From positions 1 to 48,316 of the forward strand of contig MRSU01001564.1 of NCBI GenBank assembly GCA_008369845.1: a DNA stretch of 48,316 bases, given 5' to 3'. Of this stretch, positions 1-10,456 are shown piece after piece. The first letter of the stretch is position 1; every line of letters begins with the position of its first letter. This DNA comes from Trichomonas gallinae (lineage: Eukaryota). The notes beneath the pieces were generated by a model. The model was not told the origin of the DNA, did no database searches, and saw only the letters and a list, made by a program, of their open reading frames with translations. Made by a program: the position numbers and the translations under genes.

Positions 1-81
1 TTTTATTCGTAATTTTTTTGTATAGTTTACATATTGGTTACGAGTTTTTTTTCTGGTACCTATTTTTTTGTCAGACGTTAT

Positions 82-350
82 ATAGAACCCCCCCCCCTTA
101 ATAGAAATTGAATATATTCCACTAAATAATTTTTATTCCCCCTAAGAAATAGCACCCCTTTAAAAGATAGAAAGCCCCTTTTTATTAAAAATTGAATTAA
201 CTCCACTAAATAATTTTTACACCCCCCTTAAAATTGCCCTCCCTCGAATATTTAGAAAGCCCCCTTTATAAAAATTGAATATATGCCACTACATAATTTT
301 TAATCCCCCTAAAAAATATCCCCCTTATATATGGAGAACCCTCCTGTTAT
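82..350. repeat. Degenerate tandem repeat, ~83-84 bp unit, ~3.3 copies, C-tract rich
   Basis: Anchor AAATTGAAT..CCACTA..TAATTTTT..CCCCCT recurs at 105, 189 and 272; AGAA(A/C)..CCCC precedes each unit. Confidence 0.85.
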
Positions 351-385
351 AATATAGGAATTTGTCACCTTTTTCATAACACGCG

Positions 386-1696
386 ATGTTCGGGCAGAAA
401 AAAGCCCCACGCGATGACTCAGAATTGACGCCGAAAACACGTAAAAAGATTCGATGCTCAGTGTGTAAGCGCGTCATCAATGATGAAAAATGCTTTAGAT
501 GCTGCGTTTGTCCACAATATTGGACATGTGTTGAATGTTATTCAGATGGACTTGTTACTGACAAGCATGAAGTAAAACATCAAAATGTTGTTATTGATCC
601 AGAGCCTTTGGCTGGTTTGACAGATGATTGGAATTCAAACGAAGAAATATTGCTCCTTTCTGCAATTCAAAAGTTCGGTATTGGTAATTGGCACATAATA
701 TCTGAGTACATAGGAACAAAATCGAATATTCAGTGCGAAACACACTACTTCGGAACTTATATCGACTGTCCAACTGCACCTTTTCCAGATCAGCTCATTC
801 AAGAAGCAATACCAATTCCTCCTCCGCCAAGTTATTCGATTAAAGACAAAAAATTCAAGTCTTACCCTTCTGATCGAACACCGAAAAACAGAATAAAGCC
901 GAATGAATACTCTACACCTGCAGAGTTTTGTGGATGGATGCCATTCAGACACGAATTTGAAATAGAATATCATCACGAAGCTGAAGAACTCGTTTCTCAT
1001 ATTGATTTTACGCAAAACTGCGACACAATAGAGCAATTCTTGACAAATATTAACAACTTGCGTGTATACAATGCACAGCTGTCTGAAAGAATTAGAAGAA
1101 CAAAACTTATCGAAGAATGGGAAATTCATAAACTAGAAAATGATCCAAATCACTCGGGTGAAGTCGACACAAGATTCTTAGGAGGCGAATCTTCTACTGA
1201 AGTCAAGATTGACTTAATGATGCTACCACTTGCGCAGTATTTTCCAAAAGACAGAGTTACAGCAGTCGCTCGCGCATTACATAACATCGATGCTATCAAG
1301 TCGACCCTCGATAAGCGTATAGAGTGGATTAATCATGGTATTTGCAGTCCAGAAGATGGTGAATTATTCGACCAACTTTTGGCGCTGATTAGAAACAACT
1401 CCATTCCACCAGAGAACATCGAAAAATGGAACAATTTAATCATTGACCATAATAAGAAGATCATGGATTCGATTCCTGTTACTGATGATTATCTAGATCA
1501 GAATGAAAAGAACTTATGCAAGGAGAATAGCATTGATATTGCCCTATTTATTTCATTGAAAGAGCTTTTCTTACGCGAAATCCTAGCTGGTGGGCCTTTA
1601 TCTGTAGAATCAGCGAAGCAGATCAGCAACCAGCCAGAATCGATTGTCGCACCGATTATTCACTACATAGAGCATAATGGATGGAATTGTAACTGA
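386..1696 (+). CDS. ADA2: Transcriptional adaptor ADA2 (SAGA subunit)
   Basis: ZZ zinc finger (CSVC..CCVC..CVEC..H..H), SANT domain (WNSNEEILLLSAIQKFGIGNW..IGTK..C..HY), Ada2 motif GWMPFRHEFEIEY, SWIRM-like C-terminus. Confidence 0.9.
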   Translation: MFGQKKAPRDDSELTPKTRKKIRCSVCKRVINDEKCFRCCVCPQYWTCVECYSDGLVTDKHEVKHQNVVIDPEPLAGLTDDWNSNEEILLLSAIQKFGIGNWHIISEYIGTKSNIQCETHYFGTYIDCPTAPFPDQLIQEAIPIPPPPSYSIKDKKFKSYPSDRTPKNRIKPNEYSTPAEFCGWMPFRHEFEIEYHHEAEELVSHIDFTQNCDTIEQFLTNINNLRVYNAQLSERIRRTKLIEEWEIHKLENDPNHSGEVDTRFLGGESSTEVKIDLMMLPLAQYFPKDRVTAVARALHNIDAIKSTLDKRIEWINHGICSPEDGELFDQLLALIRNNSIPPENIEKWNNLIIDHNKKIMDSIPVTDDYLDQNEKNLCKENSIDIALFISLKELFLREILAGGPLSVESAKQISNQPESIVAPIIHYIEHNGWNCN

Positions 1697-2358
1697 TTTG
1701 TTTGTTTGTTTTATATAAAATATATTTCATAAAGTCATTAATTCGAAAACTACACCATATTATAGCTCTAAATTAGATCAAAATCATTATTTCAATGCGA
1801 AATGAGGTTAAGACTCAAAATCAAAATCCTTGAAAATGAACTATCCACATATTCAAGAATTTTCTCTCCTATTAATCTACCCAAGCGGATTCATGAATGG
1901 CGGTTAATTCTAATAAGCGGATTTCATTCAGAATAATTAAATCGAAATAAGATGCAAATATAAATATTTAGAAAGTTCGAAATCACTATGTCAGACAGTC
2001 TAGCATTCCATATATATGGCATACAGCTAATGATGCATATATTGTGTCGAATAGGATTCCATCATTTCCTTACATAATATTTTTATATTTATGACATTTA
2101 AAAATGGAGAATATGAAGAATTGGACAACATGGCATATATTTGTCTGATTGGGGAAATTGTGTGGTCTGATTCCTATGAATAGATTGATTCTCACAAAAA
2201 TTGAACCGTTCTGTAGCCTCAATAATAAAAATTGAATCAAAACTTTTCAATAAAGAAATTTTCCTAGTGTAGGAGACTGGCGATGGGATAATATTGATAT
2301 TTTGTTTACATGTACGATAGCTATCATCGTTTCATCGACTTTTATTTCAAAAAAAATT

Positions 2359-3192
2359 ATGTCGCTCGGTTTCAACTGGGATCCACGTGGACAAGGTGCA
2401 TTCGATGCTGATGGCCGCATCCAGCCACTCAACTGCAAGAAGGGTGAAGTCGCAAACCATGTCATTTCCGTCGGTGACCCAAATCGCGCTAAGCTCATGT
2501 CAGAGTCCCTCGACAAGGACACACCAGTCATCGTCCGCCAGTCCAACATGATCTTCTGCACATACACAGGCAAGTACAAGGGCATTCCAGTCTCCATCAT
2601 CGCTACAGGTATGGGCTTCGCTATGGCTGAGCTCATGGTCGTCCAGGTTCGCGCCATCACAGAGGGACCACTCACAATTGTCAGATTCGGCACATGCGGA
2701 TCTCTTCACGCTGATGTTCCAATCGGTTGCTTCGCTGTTTCTGACAAGGCCTACTTCGTCCGCCAGGACTTCGAGAAGGAGGGCTTCCCATTCGAGTTCG
2801 CCAAGGAATCAATCCCATTCAACCACGATCTCCATGTCCTTGTTCTCGAGGAATTCAAGAAGCTCACACAGTACCGCACAGTTGTCGGCCCAGACACATC
2901 TGCTGATACATTCTACCCATCTCAGGGACGTCTCGATGATAACTTCGTCAATGAGAACGAAAAGCTCATCCCAACACTCCTCAATCAGGACAAGGATGCC
3001 CTTTCCTTCGAAATGGAATCATACCTTCTCGCATTCCTTGCTTACAAGTTCCCAGAGGCTAACATGAAAACAGCAGCTGTCTGCCTTACACTCGCCCAGA
3101 GAACATCTGGCGACTTCCTTGACAACGAGCGCAAGATGGCTATGGAGAAGGCTGCTTGCGGTGCCCTCCTCGACGTTCTTGCTAAGTGCTAA
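2359..3192 (+). CDS. Uridine phosphorylase-type nucleoside phosphorylase (PNP_UDP_1)
   Basis: VGDPNRA, TGMG, RFGTCG, TFYPSQGRLD, FEMES motifs; first ATG at 2359; strong C-ending codon bias of a highly expressed gene. Confidence 0.9.
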   Translation: MSLGFNWDPRGQGAFDADGRIQPLNCKKGEVANHVISVGDPNRAKLMSESLDKDTPVIVRQSNMIFCTYTGKYKGIPVSIIATGMGFAMAELMVVQVRAITEGPLTIVRFGTCGSLHADVPIGCFAVSDKAYFVRQDFEKEGFPFEFAKESIPFNHDLHVLVLEEFKKLTQYRTVVGPDTSADTFYPSQGRLDDNFVNENEKLIPTLLNQDKDALSFEMESYLLAFLAYKFPEANMKTAAVCLTLAQRTSGDFLDNERKMAMEKAACGALLDVLAKC

Positions 3193-3599
3193 ATTTTAGC
3201 AACAACATCCTAAAAATCTTATTTTCATCGACACAATCTTGTAATTTAGAATAAAAATATTAGGTTATCGTCAGTATTTCTTTTTTTTTTTTCATTTCCA
3301 AAAAATCATTAACAATAACAAACCTATTTAGTGATACAAATTTATTATTTGTCATAGCTCATTATATTTTACTTTCTATAGATCCTGAAACTATATTAAT
3401 ACAAATAATAATATTATATTGTTAAAGATCCTGAAAGCAACAACATGGCAACATATTATGTGATCCAGATTGAATGATAATGTCTTGATAAAAATAAATA
3501 TATTTGAAATTCATGTAAAAATATGATAAATTTTGTTTTATTACATCACATCATAAGCATATAATGCTTCTAATAACATTTATTTGGTGGAAAGCTGCT

Positions 3600-4478
3600 T
3601 TAGCGGTTGAATTTCTTGATTGAAGGCTTAGCAAGAACAGCTTCGACAATAGGAGAAGAAGCAAGAAGGCCAGAACCGAACAATAAGCTAAGAGCCCAGC
3701 GAGCAAAGTAGATAAATGGAACAGCAATTGCGATATATTTAGTCCAGCCAGAAAGGAATGCGTACCAGATATTATTGCTGGTCCTGACTGGAAGAAGTGG
3801 TGCCCTCATGTTGAATTTAAGTGTAAATGTATCGCATGTGCCGTAAATAAATTCTTGAGCATTAACTTCAAAGAAAGGAGTGCCATATAAGCGCATGTCT
3901 GACTCTGTGAGTGGGAGATCGTTGGCTTCTGCGTATTCTTGGTATCCATCAGCTGCTGGTGGAATATTTGTTGTGAAAGGAAGCTGCTGATTGAAGCCTA
4001 AAAATCCAGCGATTGAAGCCTGGCAGACTGGCTGGAATGGTCTGAGAACTGTGTTGATCTTTCCTGTGAATGTATAATCAATTGTCTTTGTAAATTTGAC
4101 TTTATAAGGGAAAGTAAGTGTAATAGAGCCAGATGTGTCGTTGACAGATGATGTTGGGAAGATCATAGTAAAAGTGATGTCGTTAAGATCAGTCCTTGAT
4201 GTTCTTTCAAAGATCGGAATAACGTTATCAGAAGATGTCATTGGGATGTTGAATGTTAAGTTGTGCTGGGCATCTTTTACGCTGATTTCTGATGTTGTAT
4301 AAATAGTTGGCTGTTCGTAATTTGTTTCGTAGAGAGTAAAGAATTCTTTTGTCCAGCCGCAGATAAGATATGGAAATACTATAGCTGCCGCATAGATAAT
4401 GAAGGCGACGAATGTTGAACATGAGCACAAAGGCGCGTGATATGTAATAGGGATCCTGCCCTGCTGATAGAGAATCAT
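3600..4478 (-). CDS. TMEM231: Ciliary/flagellar transition-zone membrane protein TMEM231
   Basis: N-terminal Y-x-A-x-L-C-S followed by a TM helix, YEQP motif, C-terminal W-x-x-Y-I-A TM; 292 aa two-TM architecture. Confidence 0.75.
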   Translation of the reverse strand: MILYQQGRIPITYHAPLCSCSTFVAFIIYAAAIVFPYLICGWTKEFFTLYETNYEQPTIYTTSEISVKDAQHNLTFNIPMTSSDNVIPIFERTSRTDLNDITFTMIFPTSSVNDTSGSITLTFPYKVKFTKTIDYTFTGKINTVLRPFQPVCQASIAGFLGFNQQLPFTTNIPPAADGYQEYAEANDLPLTESDMRLYGTPFFEVNAQEFIYGTCDTFTLKFNMRAPLLPVRTSNNIWYAFLSGWTKYIAIAVPFIYFARWALSLLFGSGLLASSPIVEAVLAKPSIKKFNR

Positions 4479-4911
4479 TTTTTATTAATTTCAAACGATT
4501 TCGAAAAGTGACAATATTTTTATTTTTGGATTTTGTTCATTTTTCTATATTCTTCTCTTGATATTTTTCATATTTTTATAATTTGTTATAAAAATCAAGT
4601 TAAAATTACAAAAATTTGTTAGTGAAATCATATTTTTAGTTGTGTATTTTGAAGTAAATGGTATAACTCTATACATCTATTGATTTAAAACGCAAAAATA
4701 TTTATTGGAATAATGAAAAAAATAAAAATCAATATAAAAGTTGACAAATTTGTTATTTACTTTTTAGATTTTCAAATTTTTTGATTTTTGAAAATTAATG
4801 GTAACCGTTGATTAGGAGGCAATGATGCTATTTTGATGGGTTTTGAGCGATTTTGTTGTTAATACAAAAATAAAATTATATTTTTTATAGATAACAGTAT
4901 AGTATGTATAA

Positions 4912-5595
4912 TCATTTAACAAACACACGAGCTGCTGATTGAGACTCGCTTGTAAACATCGATGGTTCTGTAAGATGCATATTCTTCGTTGCATCTTTTG
5001 ACGAGAGTTCAAGTAAGAGATATAGTGGAAAGCTTCTAGTAAAGAATGCTCCATCTATTGCAGCGTGAACTGGGTCCGGCTGGTAAAGCTGTTTGCAGTG
5101 GCAGCAGTATAACTTCACACTGCCTAATCCTGGGTGATCATGGAGACCAATAGGAAGCAGGTGTTGCCCATTGCATGAGAATCGCGGGCAGATACCAAAC
5201 ACTCCTTCTTTATATTTTTGTATCATTTCGTGAATACCTTCATCTGTAAATATATATCGTGCATGGATTTGTCCATACAATTCTTCTGTACATTTCTCGA
5301 TCTCATCTTCGCTATCTGAGTCAAAAGAATCGCTAGAATCTGAAACTTTTCCGAGCAATTGTTTAAACGCGAGTTTTTCATGCGGAGCACTTAGACCGAG
5401 ACCGTATATATTGAAACTGTCATTAATATATATGTCTGGAATGCGGCAGAACCAGTCACTGCCTGGTTGATCCAAAAAGTTGTCTATCCAACTCAAACTT
5501 CCTTTTTCGGAATCGTCAGAACTCTCCGTATCTGAAATCACAGAGTGCTTTATGGGCTTGTTCTGATCATTGTGCTGAAACCTAGACCCCGACAT
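4912..5595 (-). CDS. Casein kinase II regulatory beta subunit
   Basis: WIDNF, FCRIPDIYINDSFNIYGL, LYGQIHARYIFT, zinc ribbon CPRFSC..CCHC, IDGAFF; ATG at 5595 (ORF track begins at GTG). Confidence 0.92.
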   Translation of the reverse strand: MSGSRFQHNDQNKPIKHSVISDTESSDDSEKGSLSWIDNFLDQPGSDWFCRIPDIYINDSFNIYGLGLSAPHEKLAFKQLLGKVSDSSDSFDSDSEDEIEKCTEELYGQIHARYIFTDEGIHEMIQKYKEGVFGICPRFSCNGQHLLPIGLHDHPGLGSVKLYCCHCKQLYQPDPVHAAIDGAFFTRSFPLYLLLELSSKDATKNMHLTEPSMFTSESQSAARVFVK

Positions 5596-5710
5596 CACAG
5601 GGGGCTTGGTGTCACTTTTAGCATCTACTATTTATTGTTTTCGCATAAATTCGATATAATAGCCAAAGAAGATTAATCTGATACTAAAATTTTGGCTTTG
5701 AAGAATAAAT

Positions 5711-5920
5711 TTTTTTGACAGCGATTGTTGATCATTACATGTCAAAAATTTTTGTAATCCTTTGAATCCTTTATTTTTTGATAACTTTTGTTGATCATTA
5801 CATGTCATAAATTTATTATAAACCATTGAATAATTTTTGACAACATTTTTCTGAACATTACAAGGCAAAATTTCTATGTAATTGAATAAAAACGTTTTCT
5901 TGATCATTACATGGGAAATT
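5711..5920. repeat. Degenerate tandem repeat (~60 bp, 3-4 copies) upstream of CK2-beta
   Basis: TGA(T/A)CATTACA at 5729, 5792, 5852 and 5901 with similar flanks. Confidence 0.8.
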
Positions 5921-6362
5921 TTTATTCATTTTCATCAAATCATCGGATCTCATGGTCATAACCATAGAGTGTATGAACTCAAAATCTTCATTTTTGTCGC
6001 TAAAATATTATTGTATTCATTGTTTTGATTGTACAATATCATACTCTTGATTATTTTTGAGGTTAGCGACTTAACATCTAAAAATACATTGGAACAGGAT
6101 GCTTCTGTGATTACATTAAGGCCAGAAATACTCCTATAAATATTTTTTCAAAAATATTGAGATTCATTCTCAATTACGGTGCAAATACAATATAATCAAT
6201 GTAACAAAGCTATTTGTGATATTGATTTTAACTAAATAACAATATTCGAATTTGTCTATATCCTGACTTCTGTTTTTGGTGGAGCATCAACCTATAGAAC
6301 AGTTATAGATACAATGGACATAATGAATCTCTGGTGATTCCCCATAAATATTTTTTTGGGCA

Positions 6363-8132
6363 ATGTTGCTGCTTTTTGTCATTCTTGCAACATCGCATTA
6401 TACCTGTGGACAAGGCGATCTTCCCCCGATATTAACAGCTGAAAGCGCGACTAGCTCTTTTCGTCGTCTTCAAGCCAGAGCTAGTAATGTTTTTGAATAT
6501 AAGGAATCAGGAAGAGAACCTATCAGTATTAATATTACCAAAGGATTCGTGGATAGAAACGATACACAAATGTGCAAGAATGTGTCTCAAATTATTTACT
6601 GGGCTAATTTTTCATACGAATGTCAAACTACAGATCTAGTTACAGACGACCAAATCAAAGCATTGTCGGAAACTCTCGATAACGTCAAGAATTACGTCCA
6701 GTCAATTGTTAAAATCAATAAAAATGATGACCATGTTGAAACAATTCAGGTTGAAGTTTATAATGTGACTGTACCTAAAGAATACGAGAATACAGATCTT
6801 GGAATCGGCGTTTTTGTCCGCCCGCTAAATACAACTGTTGCTCAAAAAGCATATAATCCAAATAGCATTGACAACAGGCCACAAGAAGGCTTAATATTTG
6901 TTAACCCTTCAGAAATACCTACAAAGGCACAAAATATCAACGATAATGAAAGAGATTTCTTTTTGATAATTTTACACAGCTTTTTCCATGTTATGGGCAT
7001 CGATGAAGAGTTCATCCAGACAAAGTGGGTAAATAGGCGTGTTGTCGGACATTACTCTCTGGATCCTATCCGCCCATTCTTTTCTAACCAAAGAATCAAT
7101 TATAACGTCTCTATTCTTACAACTCCAGTTGCCAAACAATACGCAGAGCGCCACTGGAATATTACAGATAAACTGTATAAGGATGTAGGCATGAGATTCT
7201 ATAATTACACATATTATGATAAATTCCCAACTCACCTTGATCCACTTTATTTCTTCAATGAAGTTCTCACACCGGAGATCAACAAGTATGCATACATCTC
7301 AGATGCTACATTCGCTGTCCTTGAAGATATGGGCTGGTATTCATTAGATTATGCAAAAGCTGAACCAAACCCATACAACTACGGTCCGGCTATTGGCGAG
7401 GATCTTTTCATAAACTTTACAACACCAAATATATCAGATTACATTCCAAATCGATATTTCAAGGATCCATCGCTGGCAGGCCAGGAAACATGCAGCTGGG
7501 ATTACAGAGCTATTGCTAAAGTACCAGAAAAAGAAGAAATCAACTGCAGCGAAGAACAATCAGTTGATGATAACATCTTCTTCTGCAACAACTCAGAGTA
7601 TTTTGCTCCATATGGCCAGACTGGAATTAAGTCAGCTCTTGGTCCTTTGTATAGCTTCCAGTTCTACGCTATCCCTACAACATTATGCGATAAAGGATCT
7701 TTCTGCACAGAGAAGTCTTCTGGTGACACAAAGAACTACGCATGCATGAACTTTACATACGACGCAACATCAATATCACTAATTATTGATGGAGCAAATC
7801 ATAGTTGCCAAGATGGATTTGTCACTCTCGGAGGCGATAAGTACTCTTGCCCAAATAACTCTATGCTCGTAGAAATGGATAACTACACAGCAACATCGTT
7901 GAAAGGCTATACGCTTGAAAAGCTCCCAGGTGACTCAAAATTATACGTTTGGTACATTGTTATCATTGTTTTTCTAGTGCTTATTGGCGCTGTTGTTGCC
8001 GTTTTTATGGTATGTAAGGCATTCTGTATGGAGGAAGACGATGAAGCAGACCCAGAAAAAACAATTCAAATGTTAGAAGAGGGAAGAGAAGCTGCTGCGA
8101 ATGCTCAAGCAAGTAATCAACCTTCACCTTAA
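6363..8132 (+). CDS. GP63/leishmanolysin-like (peptidase M8) type I membrane protein, probably catalytically inactive
   Basis: Signal peptide, pro-region Cys, RPQEG, HSFFH in place of HExxH, TFAVLEDMGWY, Cys-rich region, C-terminal TM and acidic tail. Confidence 0.85.
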   Translation: MLLLFVILATSHYTCGQGDLPPILTAESATSSFRRLQARASNVFEYKESGREPISINITKGFVDRNDTQMCKNVSQIIYWANFSYECQTTDLVTDDQIKALSETLDNVKNYVQSIVKINKNDDHVETIQVEVYNVTVPKEYENTDLGIGVFVRPLNTTVAQKAYNPNSIDNRPQEGLIFVNPSEIPTKAQNINDNERDFFLIILHSFFHVMGIDEEFIQTKWVNRRVVGHYSLDPIRPFFSNQRINYNVSILTTPVAKQYAERHWNITDKLYKDVGMRFYNYTYYDKFPTHLDPLYFFNEVLTPEINKYAYISDATFAVLEDMGWYSLDYAKAEPNPYNYGPAIGEDLFINFTTPNISDYIPNRYFKDPSLAGQETCSWDYRAIAKVPEKEEINCSEEQSVDDNIFFCNNSEYFAPYGQTGIKSALGPLYSFQFYAIPTTLCDKGSFCTEKSSGDTKNYACMNFTYDATSISLIIDGANHSCQDGFVTLGGDKYSCPNNSMLVEMDNYTATSLKGYTLEKLPGDSKLYVWYIVIIVFLVLIGAVVAVFMVCKAFCMEEDDEADPEKTIQMLEEGREAAANAQASNQPSP

Positions 8133-8711
8133 GCCAGATAGATTATATCTATCCATTGTTGTAAATTTATCATTTATCGCGATTTGTATTATTTACATGA
8201 CAAAACAGCAATTTACACAACATATTTTATTTTACATGACAATTATTCTGAAAAAGTTAATTTTACGTGACAGAATATTTTCATTAAAACGAGAGGAGGG
8301 AGATAGATACTTCTCACACGGATTTGCCACTTATTCAGAATATAAGTACAATGCGATCTTTTTCAATTCAAAAAATGCGAAGTTGTATAAGGGATAATCA
8401 TTGAAAGTGCAAGTAAATATGATACCATAAAATGTCAAGGATTATATTTTACGTGTCATTTCCTTCTCAAAAAGGAATTGAATTTTGATGTAAATTAAAA
8501 TTGTGAATATACGATTATTTTCAATTCAAAATTTATCGATAAAAATTAAATATAATACAACAAATAGTTATATTATTAAAGTCGCTCGTAAAAAATTTCA
8601 AAGTCGCAAAATTGAAAAAGAAATTATTTCGGTTGAAATAATGTGATTTATGCGTTAATTAACATGATTCTAACATATTTTTGCTTTTAAATTTTTGCTA
8701 CTACAATTTTG

Positions 8712-9401
8712 ATGACTGAGGAACCAGATGCTCCATCAGAGAACCGTACTGGAGGCGCATTGATATCTGGGATCACAGGAATAAAGATCCGTAAAAGAGT
8801 AGATCCAGCTAATTCACCCAAAGTCTGTTACAGGATTGAAAGATCTTACACTACATCAATTAGAGGTCGGAGAACACATTTTAAGATTTTTAAGGATGGA
8901 CAAATCCTTTACGCAGCGAAATTAAAATCAAAAAGACAGTCAGAGCCAATTCCAATTTCATCTGGCCCGGATGCACATTACTCAGCCAAAAACAATGCTG
9001 CTTATCTTCTAACTGGAGATAAACAATCAGAATTCTCATTACGTGCAAAGGAACAATACGGAAATGAGGTAATTACAATACGACATTCTCACGTAAACAA
9101 TGATAGCAAACTTCCAAAGACATTAAGCGTTACACTTTTCCTCAAAGATTCAATGATACCACATAACTTAATATCAAAACCACCGCAATTGACTGACGAC
9201 ATGGAATGGGTCTTAGATTTTCACAACAAGCCATCGCTTCCCAGCACAAAGAACATAATTCTAGTGAATGAGGAAAAAACTCTTGAGTATTTGCTTGTTC
9301 GAAAAGTTGAAGATAATTCTTTGGAAGCAGATGCTGTGTCTTTGATCTCCCCGTTGGCTGTTTTTGGAGTTGCCCTTTCATTATTTATTGCTCCGGTTTA
9401 A
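8712..9401 (+). CDS. Tubby C-terminal domain-like protein
   Basis: KPP..W.LDFH...PSTKN.ILV and terminal SPLAVFGVALSLF helix typical of Tubby domains; ATG at 8712. Confidence 0.8.
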   Translation: MTEEPDAPSENRTGGALISGITGIKIRKRVDPANSPKVCYRIERSYTTSIRGRRTHFKIFKDGQILYAAKLKSKRQSEPIPISSGPDAHYSAKNNAAYLLTGDKQSEFSLRAKEQYGNEVITIRHSHVNNDSKLPKTLSVTLFLKDSMIPHNLISKPPQLTDDMEWVLDFHNKPSLPSTKNIILVNEEKTLEYLLVRKVEDNSLEADAVSLISPLAVFGVALSLFIAPV

Positions 9402-9695
9402 TTTCAGCGAGACAATTTTTACCTTGAAAAAATCATAACAGTTCATCGATCAAAACTATCTGCAAACAACTATACAGACCTATTTAATGACGTTTTTCGA
9501 TCCAATACATGCTACTTTCACCTATTGCTTTTTTATTGATTTTACTATATTATTTTTATAGATTAACAATACTTACAAACACTTTTACTACGAAAATACA
9601 GTGGATTGGGACAATATTTTTTGCCAATTATATTATAATTTTTGATGTTAGCTTATTTTCTATGTATTTTAAACTTATCCATTTTGAACCCAACG

Positions 9696-10364
9696 TTATA
9701 TTTCACTTTCACCCTTCTGCATAGTCAATACATAAGGATTTTTTGCTGCTTCTTCAGATATTTTAGTTTTTTCTCCGTGAGCCGGATAAATCGCAAAATT
9801 CTTTGGAAGGACCAATATACGCTCCTTTATAGATGTGTATAGTTTACCGGCATCGCCATAAGGGAAACATGTTGGTCCAACGATTCCTTTCATTATAGTA
9901 CAACCAGTAAAAACTATTTCTTCTTCATCTAATATGTATATTACACTTCCCGGTGACACTCCTGGAGTCTCCATGACACGAAAATGATATTTTCCTGCTG
10001 AAACTTCATCACCGGACGCTATATTCTTGATATTACTGGAATAATGTGTAAGATCTATATTAATACCCATATAATTTGATAGATTAGCGTTTGCATCAAA
10101 TAAGAATAAATTTTCTGCTCTTCCTGCGAAGACTTCTGCCTTTGGGTACTTTTCTAACAAGTAAGCTATGCCTCCTATGTTATCAGCAAGTCCATTTGTC
10201 ACTAAAATTTTAAGTATTGGATCTTTAACGTGAGATTTTATCGCGTGATTGATTTTAGGGCCATCAGCACCTGGATCTACAACGACTACTTCGTCCTCAT
10301 CCCATACAATATAGCAGTTAGTTTTCGATACGCCAACTTCTAGTGTTTGTATGTTAACATTCAT
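9696..10364 (-). CDS. Metallo-beta-lactamase fold protein (glyoxalase II/YcbL-like) with degenerate metal ligands
   Basis: TNCYIV, VVVDPG, ILVTNGLADNIGG (normally THxHxDH), TPGVSPG, FTGCT, YPAHG, NPY. Confidence 0.85.
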   Translation of the reverse strand: MNVNIQTLEVGVSKTNCYIVWDEDEVVVVDPGADGPKINHAIKSHVKDPILKILVTNGLADNIGGIAYLLEKYPKAEVFAGRAENLFLFDANANLSNYMGINIDLTHYSSNIKNIASGDEVSAGKYHFRVMETPGVSPGSVIYILDEEEIVFTGCTIMKGIVGPTCFPYGDAGKLYTSIKERILVLPKNFAIYPAHGEKTKISEEAAKNPYVLTMQKGESEI

Positions 10365-10456
10365 CTAAAATGATTTTTTTGGTTGTTTTGGGTTACAATA
10401 ATCACTGTTTCATGTTTAAAATCTTTCTAGAATTAAAAAACGAATTTTCAAAATTG

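Noticed and set aside
2247..3067. Overlapping ORFs on the phosphorylase gene
   Set aside because: Same codon-bias shadow effect
5632..5907. 91-aa ORF with repeated TCNDQQ
   Set aside because: Translation of the non-coding tandem repeat
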